From positions 1-35,137 of the forward strand of contig CAZOYD010000038.1 of NCBI GenBank assembly GCA_964583985.1: a stretch of 35,137 nucleotides of DNA. The letters run 5' to 3'. The notes under the pieces are model-generated. The model saw only the letters and a program-made list of their open reading frames with translations. It ran no database searches and was not told where the DNA came from. The DNA is from an uncultured archaeon. Its GTDB lineage: Archaea > Asgardarchaeota > Lokiarchaeia > Sigyniarchaeales > SOKP01. The translations under genes were made by a program, and so were the position numbers. This document shows, piece by piece, positions 18,370 through 27,388 of the stretch. Position 1 is the stretch's first letter, and every line of letters starts with the position of its first letter.

Positions 18370-20421
18370 TTAAGAGATTATAATTGATTTTCCAGAAGGA
18401 AGAGAAAGGATAATATCATCTTCCTTTAGCAATTTGATCCATTTTTTAAATGCGTCATCACTTTGATTGATTAGAATTGATTTAATTTCTCTCGCTAGCT
18501 TTCCTTTAGATAAACCCTCTTTTGATGGTTTTATTTTAATAACCTCAATTGCTTGAGTTTTAATTGCACTCAAAGGACCACAGAGAATCTTGAGGAATAT
18601 AACCCTTTCGTCTCCAGCAATATCAGTTTTTGATTCTTCTATTTCTAATCCGATTCCTAACTCTGTTTTTGCATTTTTTATAACATTCTTCTTACCAGTA
18701 ATCATGAAAGATCCTTTAGGTAAGTATTCACCAGTAGGAGGTGTTTTTGATACTTGATTTGGATACACATAAAAGACGTCTACATAACCCCAATCCTCTT
18801 TCCAAGCATTAGAATAACTCCCCGTAAAAATGGCGGCCTCATTTATAGTAAGCTCAGGAAATTCTTTGTTATCTGGATTTTTAACGATTACTAAAGGGGA
18901 CCCAGAAATATTTGTATGAAAAACAAGATCCTCCGGTTGTAAGTGTGTTTTAAATAACATTTCGTTTGAAGTAGCATCTCTCCCCCCAATTATTAAAAAT
19001 CCATTTGAAGAATGAAACCATCTAAACTTCTCATACCACATTTGTTTTCTTCTTTTTACTAGCCCTTCTACCTCTACTTCAAGAGATTCTTTCTCTGTAA
19101 TAAATTTTGCCACCTTTTTTTTTTGAAACTCAATAGCTTCTATCGTTCCCTTTATTTTCTGTTCTGCTTTTTTTCCTTTGGAATAAATTAAATTCGCATT
19201 TTCACCAATTGTTTTCCTTATATCTAAATTCACTTCTTGATTTGAAATTTTAATTACCAATTTTCGAATCTCAGGGATTATTTTCACAAATAATTCAGTA
19301 CCTTCTACACCATTCATTTTTGCATCTAATAACCTTTTATTTATATCATACCAATTGTATCCTTTATCTTTTGCTTCAGAAATGACATTAAAAAGTTTTT
19401 CTAATTCACTAAAATGGGCATAAATGAAATCTCCATATTCATAGTATCTTTCTTTCTTTGTATATAATTCCTGAAGGTATTCTTCTTGGTTTTTTAGAAT
19501 TCGATTATGAGCATCTATCATCTCATTAATCTTTTGATTTTGATGAGGTTTAATTGCTGAAAGATCTAATTTAGAATAATAAGCATCCACCGCGTGATTA
19601 AATGATTTGTAAAATTCCTTTTTATAATCACGAAAAATCTCTAGTTCAAATGGTAGAACTGCGAATTGGTTTTCATTTTCATCAAAGACAATATGAGCAT
19701 TTATCTCCCCGAACAAAAGTTGATTTCTGAGATTTTTAAATTCATTAAAAAAATCTTTAAGCTGTATATCGTTTAGTGATCGTGTATTTATGGTTTTATC
19801 TACTTTCGCCCTGTAACATAATTCTTCACTAATTATACCCGAAATTCCAATATTTCTTGCTAGAATTCTTACAATCTCGTCATTCGAATCTTTAATTACA
19901 TCAATAAACTCTGTCTCATTAACAGTCAAAAATCCAATGCTTCGTTGACTTGGAAATTCATATTCTCGGTTTGCTAAAACATCTCTGTCCTTGAACTTTT
20001 TATATGACTTTGCAATTTTGATAATATTGTTTTCATCTAAAAATAGATAATTTCCCTTGTTAAATAATTCAATTATGAATTTTGAATCTCCTTCTTCATA
20101 AGAATATATTTCGATAACTATTATTCTATCAAATTCATGTTGAAAAACAGATTTAATCTTTCTATTCTTCAATAATTTTCTTAATGAAGTAATATATTGG
20201 CTTGGATATTTGGGAATTGGGTAATCATAATCCGTTAAGTTTATTCTTGAATCATTTTTTACAATTAAATTGACTTTTTCTCTCGTTTTTGTTGAGATTT
20301 TCAAAATTAATAAATCTTCCAATTCATAAACATTTACAATTGTTCCTTCTGAAAGAATTAGATCTAATTCTTTTGAGATTATATGTACATCAAAATTTGA
20401 AAAATTAGTTTGAATTTTCAT
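18370..20421 (-). CDS. rqcH: ribosome rescue factor Rqc2/RqcH (NFACT family)
   Basis: FSNFDV, QHEFDRII, IIELFNKGNYLF, WYEKFRWFHSSNGFLIIGGRDATSNE, QVSKTPPTGEYLPKGSFMITGKKN. Confidence 0.93.
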   Translation of the reverse strand: MKIQTNFSNFDVHIISKELDLILSEGTIVNVYELEDLLILKISTKTREKVNLIVKNDSRINLTDYDYPIPKYPSQYITSLRKLLKNRKIKSVFQHEFDRIIVIEIYSYEEGDSKFIIELFNKGNYLFLDENNIIKIAKSYKKFKDRDVLANREYEFPSQRSIGFLTVNETEFIDVIKDSNDEIVRILARNIGISGIISEELCYRAKVDKTINTRSLNDIQLKDFFNEFKNLRNQLLFGEINAHIVFDENENQFAVLPFELEIFRDYKKEFYKSFNHAVDAYYSKLDLSAIKPHQNQKINEMIDAHNRILKNQEEYLQELYTKKERYYEYGDFIYAHFSELEKLFNVISEAKDKGYNWYDINKRLLDAKMNGVEGTELFVKIIPEIRKLVIKISNQEVNLDIRKTIGENANLIYSKGKKAEQKIKGTIEAIEFQKKKVAKFITEKESLEVEVEGLVKRRKQMWYEKFRWFHSSNGFLIIGGRDATSNEMLFKTHLQPEDLVFHTNISGSPLVIVKNPDNKEFPELTINEAAIFTGSYSNAWKEDWGYVDVFYVYPNQVSKTPPTGEYLPKGSFMITGKKNVIKNAKTELGIGLEIEESKTDIAGDERVIFLKILCGPLSAIKTQAIEVIKIKPSKEGLSKGKLAREIKSILINQSDDAFKKWIKLLKEDDIILSLPSGKSIIIS

Positions 20422-20500
20422 TTTTAATTATTTCATTAGAGTAATATAGTTATAATCCTATAATTTAAAATCATTTTTATAATAATCAATATTAATAGTA

Positions 20501-20923
20501 GTGAATATGCCAAAAAAAGATTCTCGTTCAAAGAAAGTCAATATTAAGAAGGAAAGACAGAAGCTAATTAAAGAAAAATTGAAACAAATCGATAAAAAAG
20601 AATATCAGAAAGAAAAAAAAGGCACATCCAAATTAGATAAGCGCTTGGAAAAAGAAACAAATCTTTATTGGTATCGAGCATTAACTGGAGCACTATCTGG
20701 TATAATAGGAAGATTAATCGGTCTCATAGGATGGTCATTATTAATTTGGATGCTCTGTTTTTGGTTTCTTATGCCTTTTGTTACCAATTTCGTGATTTTG
20801 AAATATGAATACGATAAAGAAACATGGAATTGGAAGAAAATTATCAAACCCGGTCTTGGAATCTTCTTCTTATTATTTATGATAACCTCTGTAATCATTC
20901 ATACTTTGTTAGCTTTTTTCTAA
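20501..20923 (+). CDS. EMC6/RAB5IF(OPTI)-like 3-TM membrane protein
   Basis: Basic N-terminus, then LYWYRALTGALSGIIGRLIGLIGW...KPGLGIFFLLFMITSVIIHT, matching the Rab5ip/EMC6 pattern as recalled. Confidence 0.65.
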   Translation: MNMPKKDSRSKKVNIKKERQKLIKEKLKQIDKKEYQKEKKGTSKLDKRLEKETNLYWYRALTGALSGIIGRLIGLIGWSLLIWMLCFWFLMPFVTNFVILKYEYDKETWNWKKIIKPGLGIFFLLFMITSVIIHTLLAFF

Positions 20924-20925
20924 TG

Positions 20926-21459
20926 CTACAGGATTATTCGTTGCTTTACTCTTTTTTCCGTTTTACCCTTTGAACTGAAAGTTATTTCATCTAATTTATA
21001 AATTCGATTACAATATACGCATTGGATTTTTAAGGGTTTTTCCTCCAATACGGTGAATTCCGAATCAACTGGTTCATCTGAATTAGAAATACATGTTGTA
21101 TTAGCACATAAAACTAATGTTTTGATAACTTTTGGAATTGTAACTTTTTTCTTTTCAATAACCTTATAATTCTCTATTAAAGATATAGAATTGTTTGGAG
21201 AAAGTATGGATATTTGCTGCATTTGCGTCTCATTTAGAAAAACCCCCTCAATTTTAATGATATCTTTCTTTTGGAATTTATTTGAAGAGACATTAATACC
21301 AATTGTCATGAGGTTCGGAGATTCATCTAATCCTGTAAGATTTAGTATTGTTAGAGCGTATCCCCCCGTGATATGATCAATTACAGTTCCTTTCTTTATT
21401 TTATCAATCCTTAGTTTATCTTCTGACATGGTCCTTTTTATTAAATTACCCTTACTCAT
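20926..21459 (-). CDS. pyrI: aspartate carbamoyltransferase regulatory subunit (true start may be the ATG at 21429)
   Basis: IKKGTVIDHITGG, KKDIIKIEG, Zn ligands CANTTC...CVYC. Confidence 0.95.
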   Translation of the reverse strand: MSKGNLIKRTMSEDKLRIDKIKKGTVIDHITGGYALTILNLTGLDESPNLMTIGINVSSNKFQKKDIIKIEGVFLNETQMQQISILSPNNSISLIENYKVIEKKKVTIPKVIKTLVLCANTTCISNSDEPVDSEFTVLEEKPLKIQCVYCNRIYKLDEITFSSKGKTEKRVKQRIIL

Positions 21460-21485
21460 AAAATTTTTGTTATTAATTCTGAAAA

Positions 21486-22568
21486 TTACATAAAAATAGT
21501 TGAAAGAAAGAACAATATGGGTGTTAAAATTACATTATATGATAAATTATCATCAATTTCTAAATTAAGAAAATCTAACACGCCGATAATAACAGCTCCA
21601 ACCGAAGAAAGAATAAGTAAACCAAAGTATGATAAATTGTATATTCCATTCAATAAAACTAGGCAGATAAATCCTGAAACAAAACCACTTATCATTCCAG
21701 CAATCAAACCTTCATATGTTTTATTTGTCTTCCTTATGGTTCTATGACCAAATACTCTACCAAATAAATTAGAAGCCATATCTCCAAATATTGATATTGT
21801 CATAGAAGTACATATCACTAATGGTCCAATTGGTTGGATTATTCCATATAAAATTATAATTGAAAAACAACCTACACCCATTGAAATATGAGGTCCAATT
21901 CTTGTTTGGATCTCTTTTTCTCGGAGTATTAAATTTACAGGCTTTAAAGGGTAGTAATCCGGTCTAATAATTCGTATTAAATCTACCGAAATTAAACCTA
22001 TGAGAGAAATTCCAACTAAAAAAATGACCAAATATTGCGTGAAAATCATTTTGTTTCCTTCTAAATTGTAGAGAGAAAAAAACAAATCAGAGATTATCGG
22101 GGGTAATAGATTAAGAATATATATAAATACATTCTGAACTAAAAAACCTAATGTAAAATAAAAAAAAATAATAGCTAAAACAACTAAATGGGTTAATTTA
22201 CGATAAATATCATATTTTAAAGGTAATTGTTGAGAATATACAATATAATATCGCTTCCATGAATCATCTTGACCCTTAATTCTTCTTTTTTCCCTGTGAA
22301 TAAAGTAATATAATATGGGAAAATAACCTATTATAAAAAAAATGATAAAAGTATCAAATGGGAAAACAATAAAATCAGTTGTAGATAATTTTAAGATTAC
22401 AGTAAGAATTAAACTTATTGTTATACTCAACATCAAAACTATTGAATTACTAAGATTGTTAATAAATGCATTAGTTTCTCGCTTTCTTCTTGATAATATT
22501 GCGATATAAAATAAAATGCCTGAATAAAAATAAAAAATACAAACAGTAACCAAAGATAATATATTCAA
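21486..22568 (-). CDS. CTP-dependent polyprenol/diacylglycerol kinase family membrane protein (dolichol/phytol kinase-like)
   Basis: RKLTHL, GDMASNLFGRVFG....KTYEG, IDDNL; many TM helices. Confidence 0.85.
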   Translation of the reverse strand: MNILSLVTVCIFYFYSGILFYIAILSRRKRETNAFINNLSNSIVLMLSITISLILTVILKLSTTDFIVFPFDTFIIFFIIGYFPILYYFIHREKRRIKGQDDSWKRYYIVYSQQLPLKYDIYRKLTHLVVLAIIFFYFTLGFLVQNVFIYILNLLPPIISDLFFSLYNLEGNKMIFTQYLVIFLVGISLIGLISVDLIRIIRPDYYPLKPVNLILREKEIQTRIGPHISMGVGCFSIIILYGIIQPIGPLVICTSMTISIFGDMASNLFGRVFGHRTIRKTNKTYEGLIAGMISGFVSGFICLVLLNGIYNLSYFGLLILSSVGAVIIGVLDFLNLEIDDNLSYNVILTPILFFLSTIFM

Positions 22569-22640
22569 AGAAAAGCAAACTCACAAAATTATATAAATAG
22601 AATTTATAATTTCAGCTTTAAGATTTTTACTGATTAAGCT

Positions 22641-22657
22641 AAAAAAAAGAAAAAAAG
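22641..22657 (-). terminator. oligo-U tract directly after the trpB2 stop (archaeal-type terminator)
   Basis: Minus strand reads CTTTTTTTCTTTTTTTT just after the TAA. Confidence 0.5.
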
Positions 22658-22658
22658 A

Positions 22659-24065
22659 TTAAAATTTTGATTCATCAACGATTGGCATATCTGAAGACTT
22701 CAAAGCCTCAGAAATTTCTTCAGAGGGTAATTCGAAGTCTATTAAATTCCCCTCCATAAATTCCTTATAAGCTAAAAGATCAAAATATCCATGTCCACTG
22801 AAATTAAATACAATTACTTTTTTTTCATTATTTTCATTCGCTAATACAGCTTGATTTATAGCTTCTTTAATAGCGTGACAGGTTTCAGGAGCAGGCAGAA
22901 TCCCCTCAGTTCTTGCGAATTGAAGTCCTGCTGCAATAACTTCCGTTTGAAAGTGCATCGAAGATGTCATAAGTTTGTTATTTATTAGGTTTGAAATAAT
23001 CGGAGCAATTCCATGATATCTTAGTCCTCCAGCATGTATTGGGTGTGGAATGAAACTATGCCCTAAAGTATGCATTTTAAGAATAGGAGCCTTTTTTGCG
23101 GTATCGCCATAATCCCATCTATATTCTCCTTTAGTCACACTCGGACAAGCTCTAGGTTCAACTCCTATAAATTGAGTATTTGGGAGTTTCCCTTCCAATT
23201 TATCTCTCATAAATGGTAACGCAAGTCCACTGAAATTTGAACCCCCACCCATACACCCGATTATTATATCGGGCTCTGAAATTCCAACTTTACTAAGTTG
23301 CATTTTTGTCTCTTGACCTATTATGGTTTGATGCAAACATACAAAATTAAGCACACTACCTAAGGAGTATCTTGCATCATCTCTAGTTAAACTATGTTCT
23401 ACAGCCTCAGAGATTGCAATTCCTAAACTTCCTGGATGTTCTGGATTTTTATCATAAAATATTCTGCCAGACATCGTATGTTTTGAGGGACTTGCATGTA
23501 CTTCGCCATTATAAGCTTTCATTAGTATTTTCCTCCCTGGTTTCTGAATGTAACTCGCTCTTACCATATAAACAACACATTTCAAACCAAATAAATTGCA
23601 ACCATAAGAGAGTGCTGAACCCCATTGCCCTGCTCCTGTTTCAGTAACCAATTCCTTTAAGCCCTCTTTTTTTGCATAAAATGCTTGAGCTAAAGCAGTA
23701 TTAGGTTTATGGGATCCTGTTGTTGAAACTGATTCATTTTTGTAAAAAATCTTGATATCATCGCCTTCTATTCCCAAATCCTTTTCTAATCCATAAGCAC
23801 GATGGAGAGGTGTTGGTCGATATGTCTGTGCATATATTTCCCTTAATTCTTTCGGAATGGGAATCGTTCTTTCTTGTGATACTTCTTGCATCACACATTC
23901 CTTCGGAAATATAGCAAAAGCTAATTCTGGAGGTGCTGGCATTCCATCCATTGGATTTATTAATGGAGTTATGGGTAAAGGTAAATCAGGTAAAATATTC
24001 ACCCATTCTTTTGGGACTTTATTTGGTTCTAATAAAATTCTTGCATTAAATTTACTCATTTTCAC
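22659..24065 (-). CDS. trpB2: tryptophan synthase beta chain type 2 (TrpB2)
   Basis: GSHKPNTA (PLP lysine), TETGAGQWGSAL, GSLGIAISEA, GCMGGGSNF, IHAGGLRYHG, FNFSGHG; long N-terminal extension typical of TrpB2; no trpA nearby. Confidence 0.96.
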   Translation of the reverse strand: MKMSKFNARILLEPNKVPKEWVNILPDLPLPITPLINPMDGMPAPPELAFAIFPKECVMQEVSQERTIPIPKELREIYAQTYRPTPLHRAYGLEKDLGIEGDDIKIFYKNESVSTTGSHKPNTALAQAFYAKKEGLKELVTETGAGQWGSALSYGCNLFGLKCVVYMVRASYIQKPGRKILMKAYNGEVHASPSKHTMSGRIFYDKNPEHPGSLGIAISEAVEHSLTRDDARYSLGSVLNFVCLHQTIIGQETKMQLSKVGISEPDIIIGCMGGGSNFSGLALPFMRDKLEGKLPNTQFIGVEPRACPSVTKGEYRWDYGDTAKKAPILKMHTLGHSFIPHPIHAGGLRYHGIAPIISNLINNKLMTSSMHFQTEVIAAGLQFARTEGILPAPETCHAIKEAINQAVLANENNEKKVIVFNFSGHGYFDLLAYKEFMEGNLIDFELPSEEISEALKSSDMPIVDESKF

Positions 24066-24215
24066 ATATCCTTCAAATTTTAATTATAAGTTTATGTCTC
24101 CTTATATTAATGGAATTCAAAAATATAATGCATAATAGTCAAGGCAATTATTAAATAACTTGAAAGAAAAATAAGCGGGATTATTAATATGATTTAAACC
24201 AATGAAAGAGCGTTA

Positions 24216-24269
24216 TCAAGAACGCCACTGCCACTGCCAACGCCAAAAAGCCATTTTTTCAGTGAACAT
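24216..24269 (-). CDS. putative Trp-rich leader peptide (TrpL-like), MFTEKMAFWRWQWQWRS
   Basis: ATG TTC ACT GAA AAA ATG GCT TTT TGG CGT TGG CAG TGG CAG TGG CGT TCT TGA TAA; four TGG in seven codons; same strand as trpB2 and 150 nt upstream of it. Confidence 0.8.
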   Translation of the reverse strand: MFTEKMAFWRWQWQWRS

Positions 24270-24418
24270 AATTTAAACCCATATTAAAGATATTTAATTT
24301 AAAACTCAAATTAACTTATAAATTTAATGTTTTGATAATTATATTTTCAATAATATCTGAAAAGTGAATAATTATATATTATTAATAATGAGAATGAAAT
24401 GAGAATATGAAGCTATAT

Positions 24419-24823
24419 TTAGCGACCTTCGAAAATCTTATTCAAATTTTTTGCTGCTATTCGCATGACTTTGACGGTCTTCATCAGTGTTTCAATTACG
24501 GTTCCTGCACAAACAATTACTAAACGTCCTGCATTACTCACAATAATATACCCGTTTTCTGCTCTTACTATTATTTCACTTAAATCTTCTTGAAATAAAG
24601 TTTGAATCGTTGAGCTCCCTGTCATTAATAAGGCAGAAGCCAATCCGCAGAATTGGTCTCCATCAACTTTATATTGTGGTAAGGCAGAGAAAGCTATCTG
24701 ATATCCCTCCTTTGAGACGAGTGCAATAGCCTCTATATCTGCATTTGAAGTAATAAATGTTATTTGAGGGCTAATTCTCTCAATATCATTACTAGTAATT
24801 CCTAGATCCGAGCCGAATTCCAC
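24419..24823 (-). CDS. roadblock/LC7 (MglB-like) domain protein
   Basis: DIEAIALVSKEGYQIA, helix 'FCGLASALLMTG', LSEIIVRAENGYIIVSNAG, C-terminal helix. Confidence 0.9.
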   Translation of the reverse strand: MEFGSDLGITSNDIERISPQITFITSNADIEAIALVSKEGYQIAFSALPQYKVDGDQFCGLASALLMTGSSTIQTLFQEDLSEIIVRAENGYIIVSNAGRLVIVCAGTVIETLMKTVKVMRIAAKNLNKIFEGR

Positions 24824-25084
24824 TTATAACACCATTTGGCAATTAATTTTATTTTTAAAATATACGAAAATTAGTTATTATAATTTATTATAAAAATTAT
24901 ATCTTTTATGTTTTTATTTTTATACATTGAAAAATCTAATCTTGATTAGATACTAATAAAAAAAATATAATCTGTTATGTCTCTACTTAAATTTTAATAC
25001 TTTATCAACTATAAGATATTTAAATTTTTAATTGGTTGAAGCTTAAAACCTTCAAACTAAATTCGCAAGAAGAAGGCTCTAATT

Positions 25085-27388
25085 ATGATCACCACTCGAG
25101 AATCAATTAATTATCAATTTTCTCTAATTTTTGGTTATTCTTCTCCCAATGAAATTGTAGTTGGAGATGTTATTGGTCCAGGTAAATTAACTACAGGGAA
25201 AATGAATCAATTATCAAAAGATGTTATCACATATTTAAGGATGTATAATGCTATTTTAAGAGATTATACGGGTTCTGAACTATTTAGTATTGAATTTGAA
25301 CTCTATAATTATGATGAAAAAGAAGCATCATTAAAAATCTTCCCAAAATCAATGTTATTAATCCCTGGAAAATTTAAAGATTGTGAAAGCTTACTTCTTG
25401 CATTAAAACCAGAAACTGGATACTTGGATACACATAAATCAAGAGAATCAGTTAATAATGTAAGCAAATTATTCTTCGAAGTAGAAGAATTCATGGACCA
25501 TCCAGATTTAAATAAAGATCAAAAACAAATGGTGCTTCGAAACTTTGCATCTAGATTTAGCAAAAAATTATTTGGAGACTTACTCGAAGATAAATGGAAT
25601 AAAAAGCTTATTGGAGTCAGTTCATCTTTACCTACAGAAAAAGAAATGTTAGACACGTTTGCATCAATTAAATCAGATGTTAAATATTATTGGAATAAAA
25701 GACCAATTGAAATTAGTTTTTCAAACCCTTCTTTTCAAAAATTTAGAGATCCCCTTGATGAAAATTCTTCCAAAGAACATTTAAAATATGCAATTTCCGA
25801 GCCTAGTGCAAATTATATTGTTGAAAAAACACTTCAGTTAGGTTCGAATTTATTAAATTTGGCTAATGCAGGAACGATTGATGAATCAAAAGAAAGTGTA
25901 ATTTCATTTATAATCGATCGAATTAATGCTAAGATTGAACAAATTAACGATTTTCATATTGTACAGTGGGTGATTGATGAATTTGAAAAGGATATGAAGA
26001 TTTTAGATGCAAATTTCAGCCACTTTTTAGAAAAATCTAAAAATTTTCTAGTTTCTGGAGAATCAGGTAACTTAAAAGAATTATTAAAAATATATGGGGA
26101 TTATATCCATCAAGAACTTGGAAATAGTGATAAAATTTATGATGAAATCTTCACTTTAGCTGATCAATCAATATCACAATCAATTCGTAATTCAGATAAA
26201 CTTCGAGCTAATGATTTAAATTCTTCTATAAATATTTTTTCTGAAATTGTAAAAGCAAGCTTTGATATAATTAGAGAGAGTTTACCTCAATATTTAGCTC
26301 GAAGAAGATTAAAGACTTTTATATTGAATCTAATTAATCAATTAAAGAGTAAATTTACTCATGAACAAGAACCTGCTAAAACAATTGGAATTGATCTTGT
26401 AATTAAATTTCAAGAGTTTTTGTTTAATCAAATTGAACTAAGTACCATCCATTCTACTAAGGGATCTTATTATGAGGAGGAAATTTTAACTAAAGAATTT
26501 AAAAAAATAGTAAAACAGAGTATTTCATTATTCTTTGAAAAATCTCAGTTGGAGATAAGTGATATTATCTCTTTCGCAGAAATTCAAACGCAGGCATCAA
26601 ATACAATAAAGAAACATATTGACAATTTTAAAACATATTCAACAGAATTGGAATACTTGATAAGTTATATTTTGCGTTACAGTACCATTAACCGATTTTT
26701 AAAAGAAGAATCTAAAAATAATATCAATGATCCAGTTACATTTTCTAATAAATTCCATCGATTTTTAGAAAAACGTATTGGGGGAATTAATTTAGCATGG
26801 AAATATTATGTTTTAGAATGGATAACGGATTATGCGAAGCAATTTTTTAAAGTTGAGGAACCGCGAAATTGGACCTTAAATGAAGTTGTATCAAATTTTA
26901 TTAACTATTTAGAAGAAAGAGAATTACAGGAACAAAAAATTGATTACTTTTATAAATTCTTAGATCAATATATTGCAAAGGTTTCCAATGAGTCAGAACA
27001 AAATTCATTACTAGAATTTTATAAGCAATTTGAGTACTGTAGAGGAATTGCTACTGAATTCCCATTATATATTCGAAAAAGAATAGAAACCGAAATTAGC
27101 ATATTGGATATGAAACAAGAAGAATTATTACCAACTAAGTTTCTTAAGTTAAATGAACAAGATACTTTTTATAATTACATTGAAGAAGTGAATTTAAAAT
27201 ACTTCTCTAAATTGATTCCTCGTCCAGTTTCTATAATTTTAAATCATACATTTACGGATAATGAAAGAGAGTTGTTTAAAAGAGAATTGTTTTATGTTTT
27301 AAATTTCAAGTATTGGGCAAATAAGTCATTATTCGAAATTTCAGATAATTTTAAAGAGGTTTATAGAGCATGGTTGATAGAAGAATAA
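25085..27388 (+). CDS. large hypothetical protein (767 aa; alpha/beta N-terminus, long helical body)
   Basis: Long intact ORF; no catalytic motif recognised. Confidence 0.8.
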   Translation: MITTRESINYQFSLIFGYSSPNEIVVGDVIGPGKLTTGKMNQLSKDVITYLRMYNAILRDYTGSELFSIEFELYNYDEKEASLKIFPKSMLLIPGKFKDCESLLLALKPETGYLDTHKSRESVNNVSKLFFEVEEFMDHPDLNKDQKQMVLRNFASRFSKKLFGDLLEDKWNKKLIGVSSSLPTEKEMLDTFASIKSDVKYYWNKRPIEISFSNPSFQKFRDPLDENSSKEHLKYAISEPSANYIVEKTLQLGSNLLNLANAGTIDESKESVISFIIDRINAKIEQINDFHIVQWVIDEFEKDMKILDANFSHFLEKSKNFLVSGESGNLKELLKIYGDYIHQELGNSDKIYDEIFTLADQSISQSIRNSDKLRANDLNSSINIFSEIVKASFDIIRESLPQYLARRRLKTFILNLINQLKSKFTHEQEPAKTIGIDLVIKFQEFLFNQIELSTIHSTKGSYYEEEILTKEFKKIVKQSISLFFEKSQLEISDIISFAEIQTQASNTIKKHIDNFKTYSTELEYLISYILRYSTINRFLKEESKNNINDPVTFSNKFHRFLEKRIGGINLAWKYYVLEWITDYAKQFFKVEEPRNWTLNEVVSNFINYLEERELQEQKIDYFYKFLDQYIAKVSNESEQNSLLEFYKQFEYCRGIATEFPLYIRKRIETEISILDMKQEELLPTKFLKLNEQDTFYNYIEEVNLKYFSKLIPRPVSIILNHTFTDNERELFKRELFYVLNFKYWANKSLFEISDNFKEVYRAWLIEE

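Noticed and set aside
24221-24250. GCCACT-GCCACT-GCCAAC-GCCA as a microsatellite or CRISPR remnant
   Set aside because: Too short and no spacers; better explained as Trp-x codon repeats of the leader ORF.
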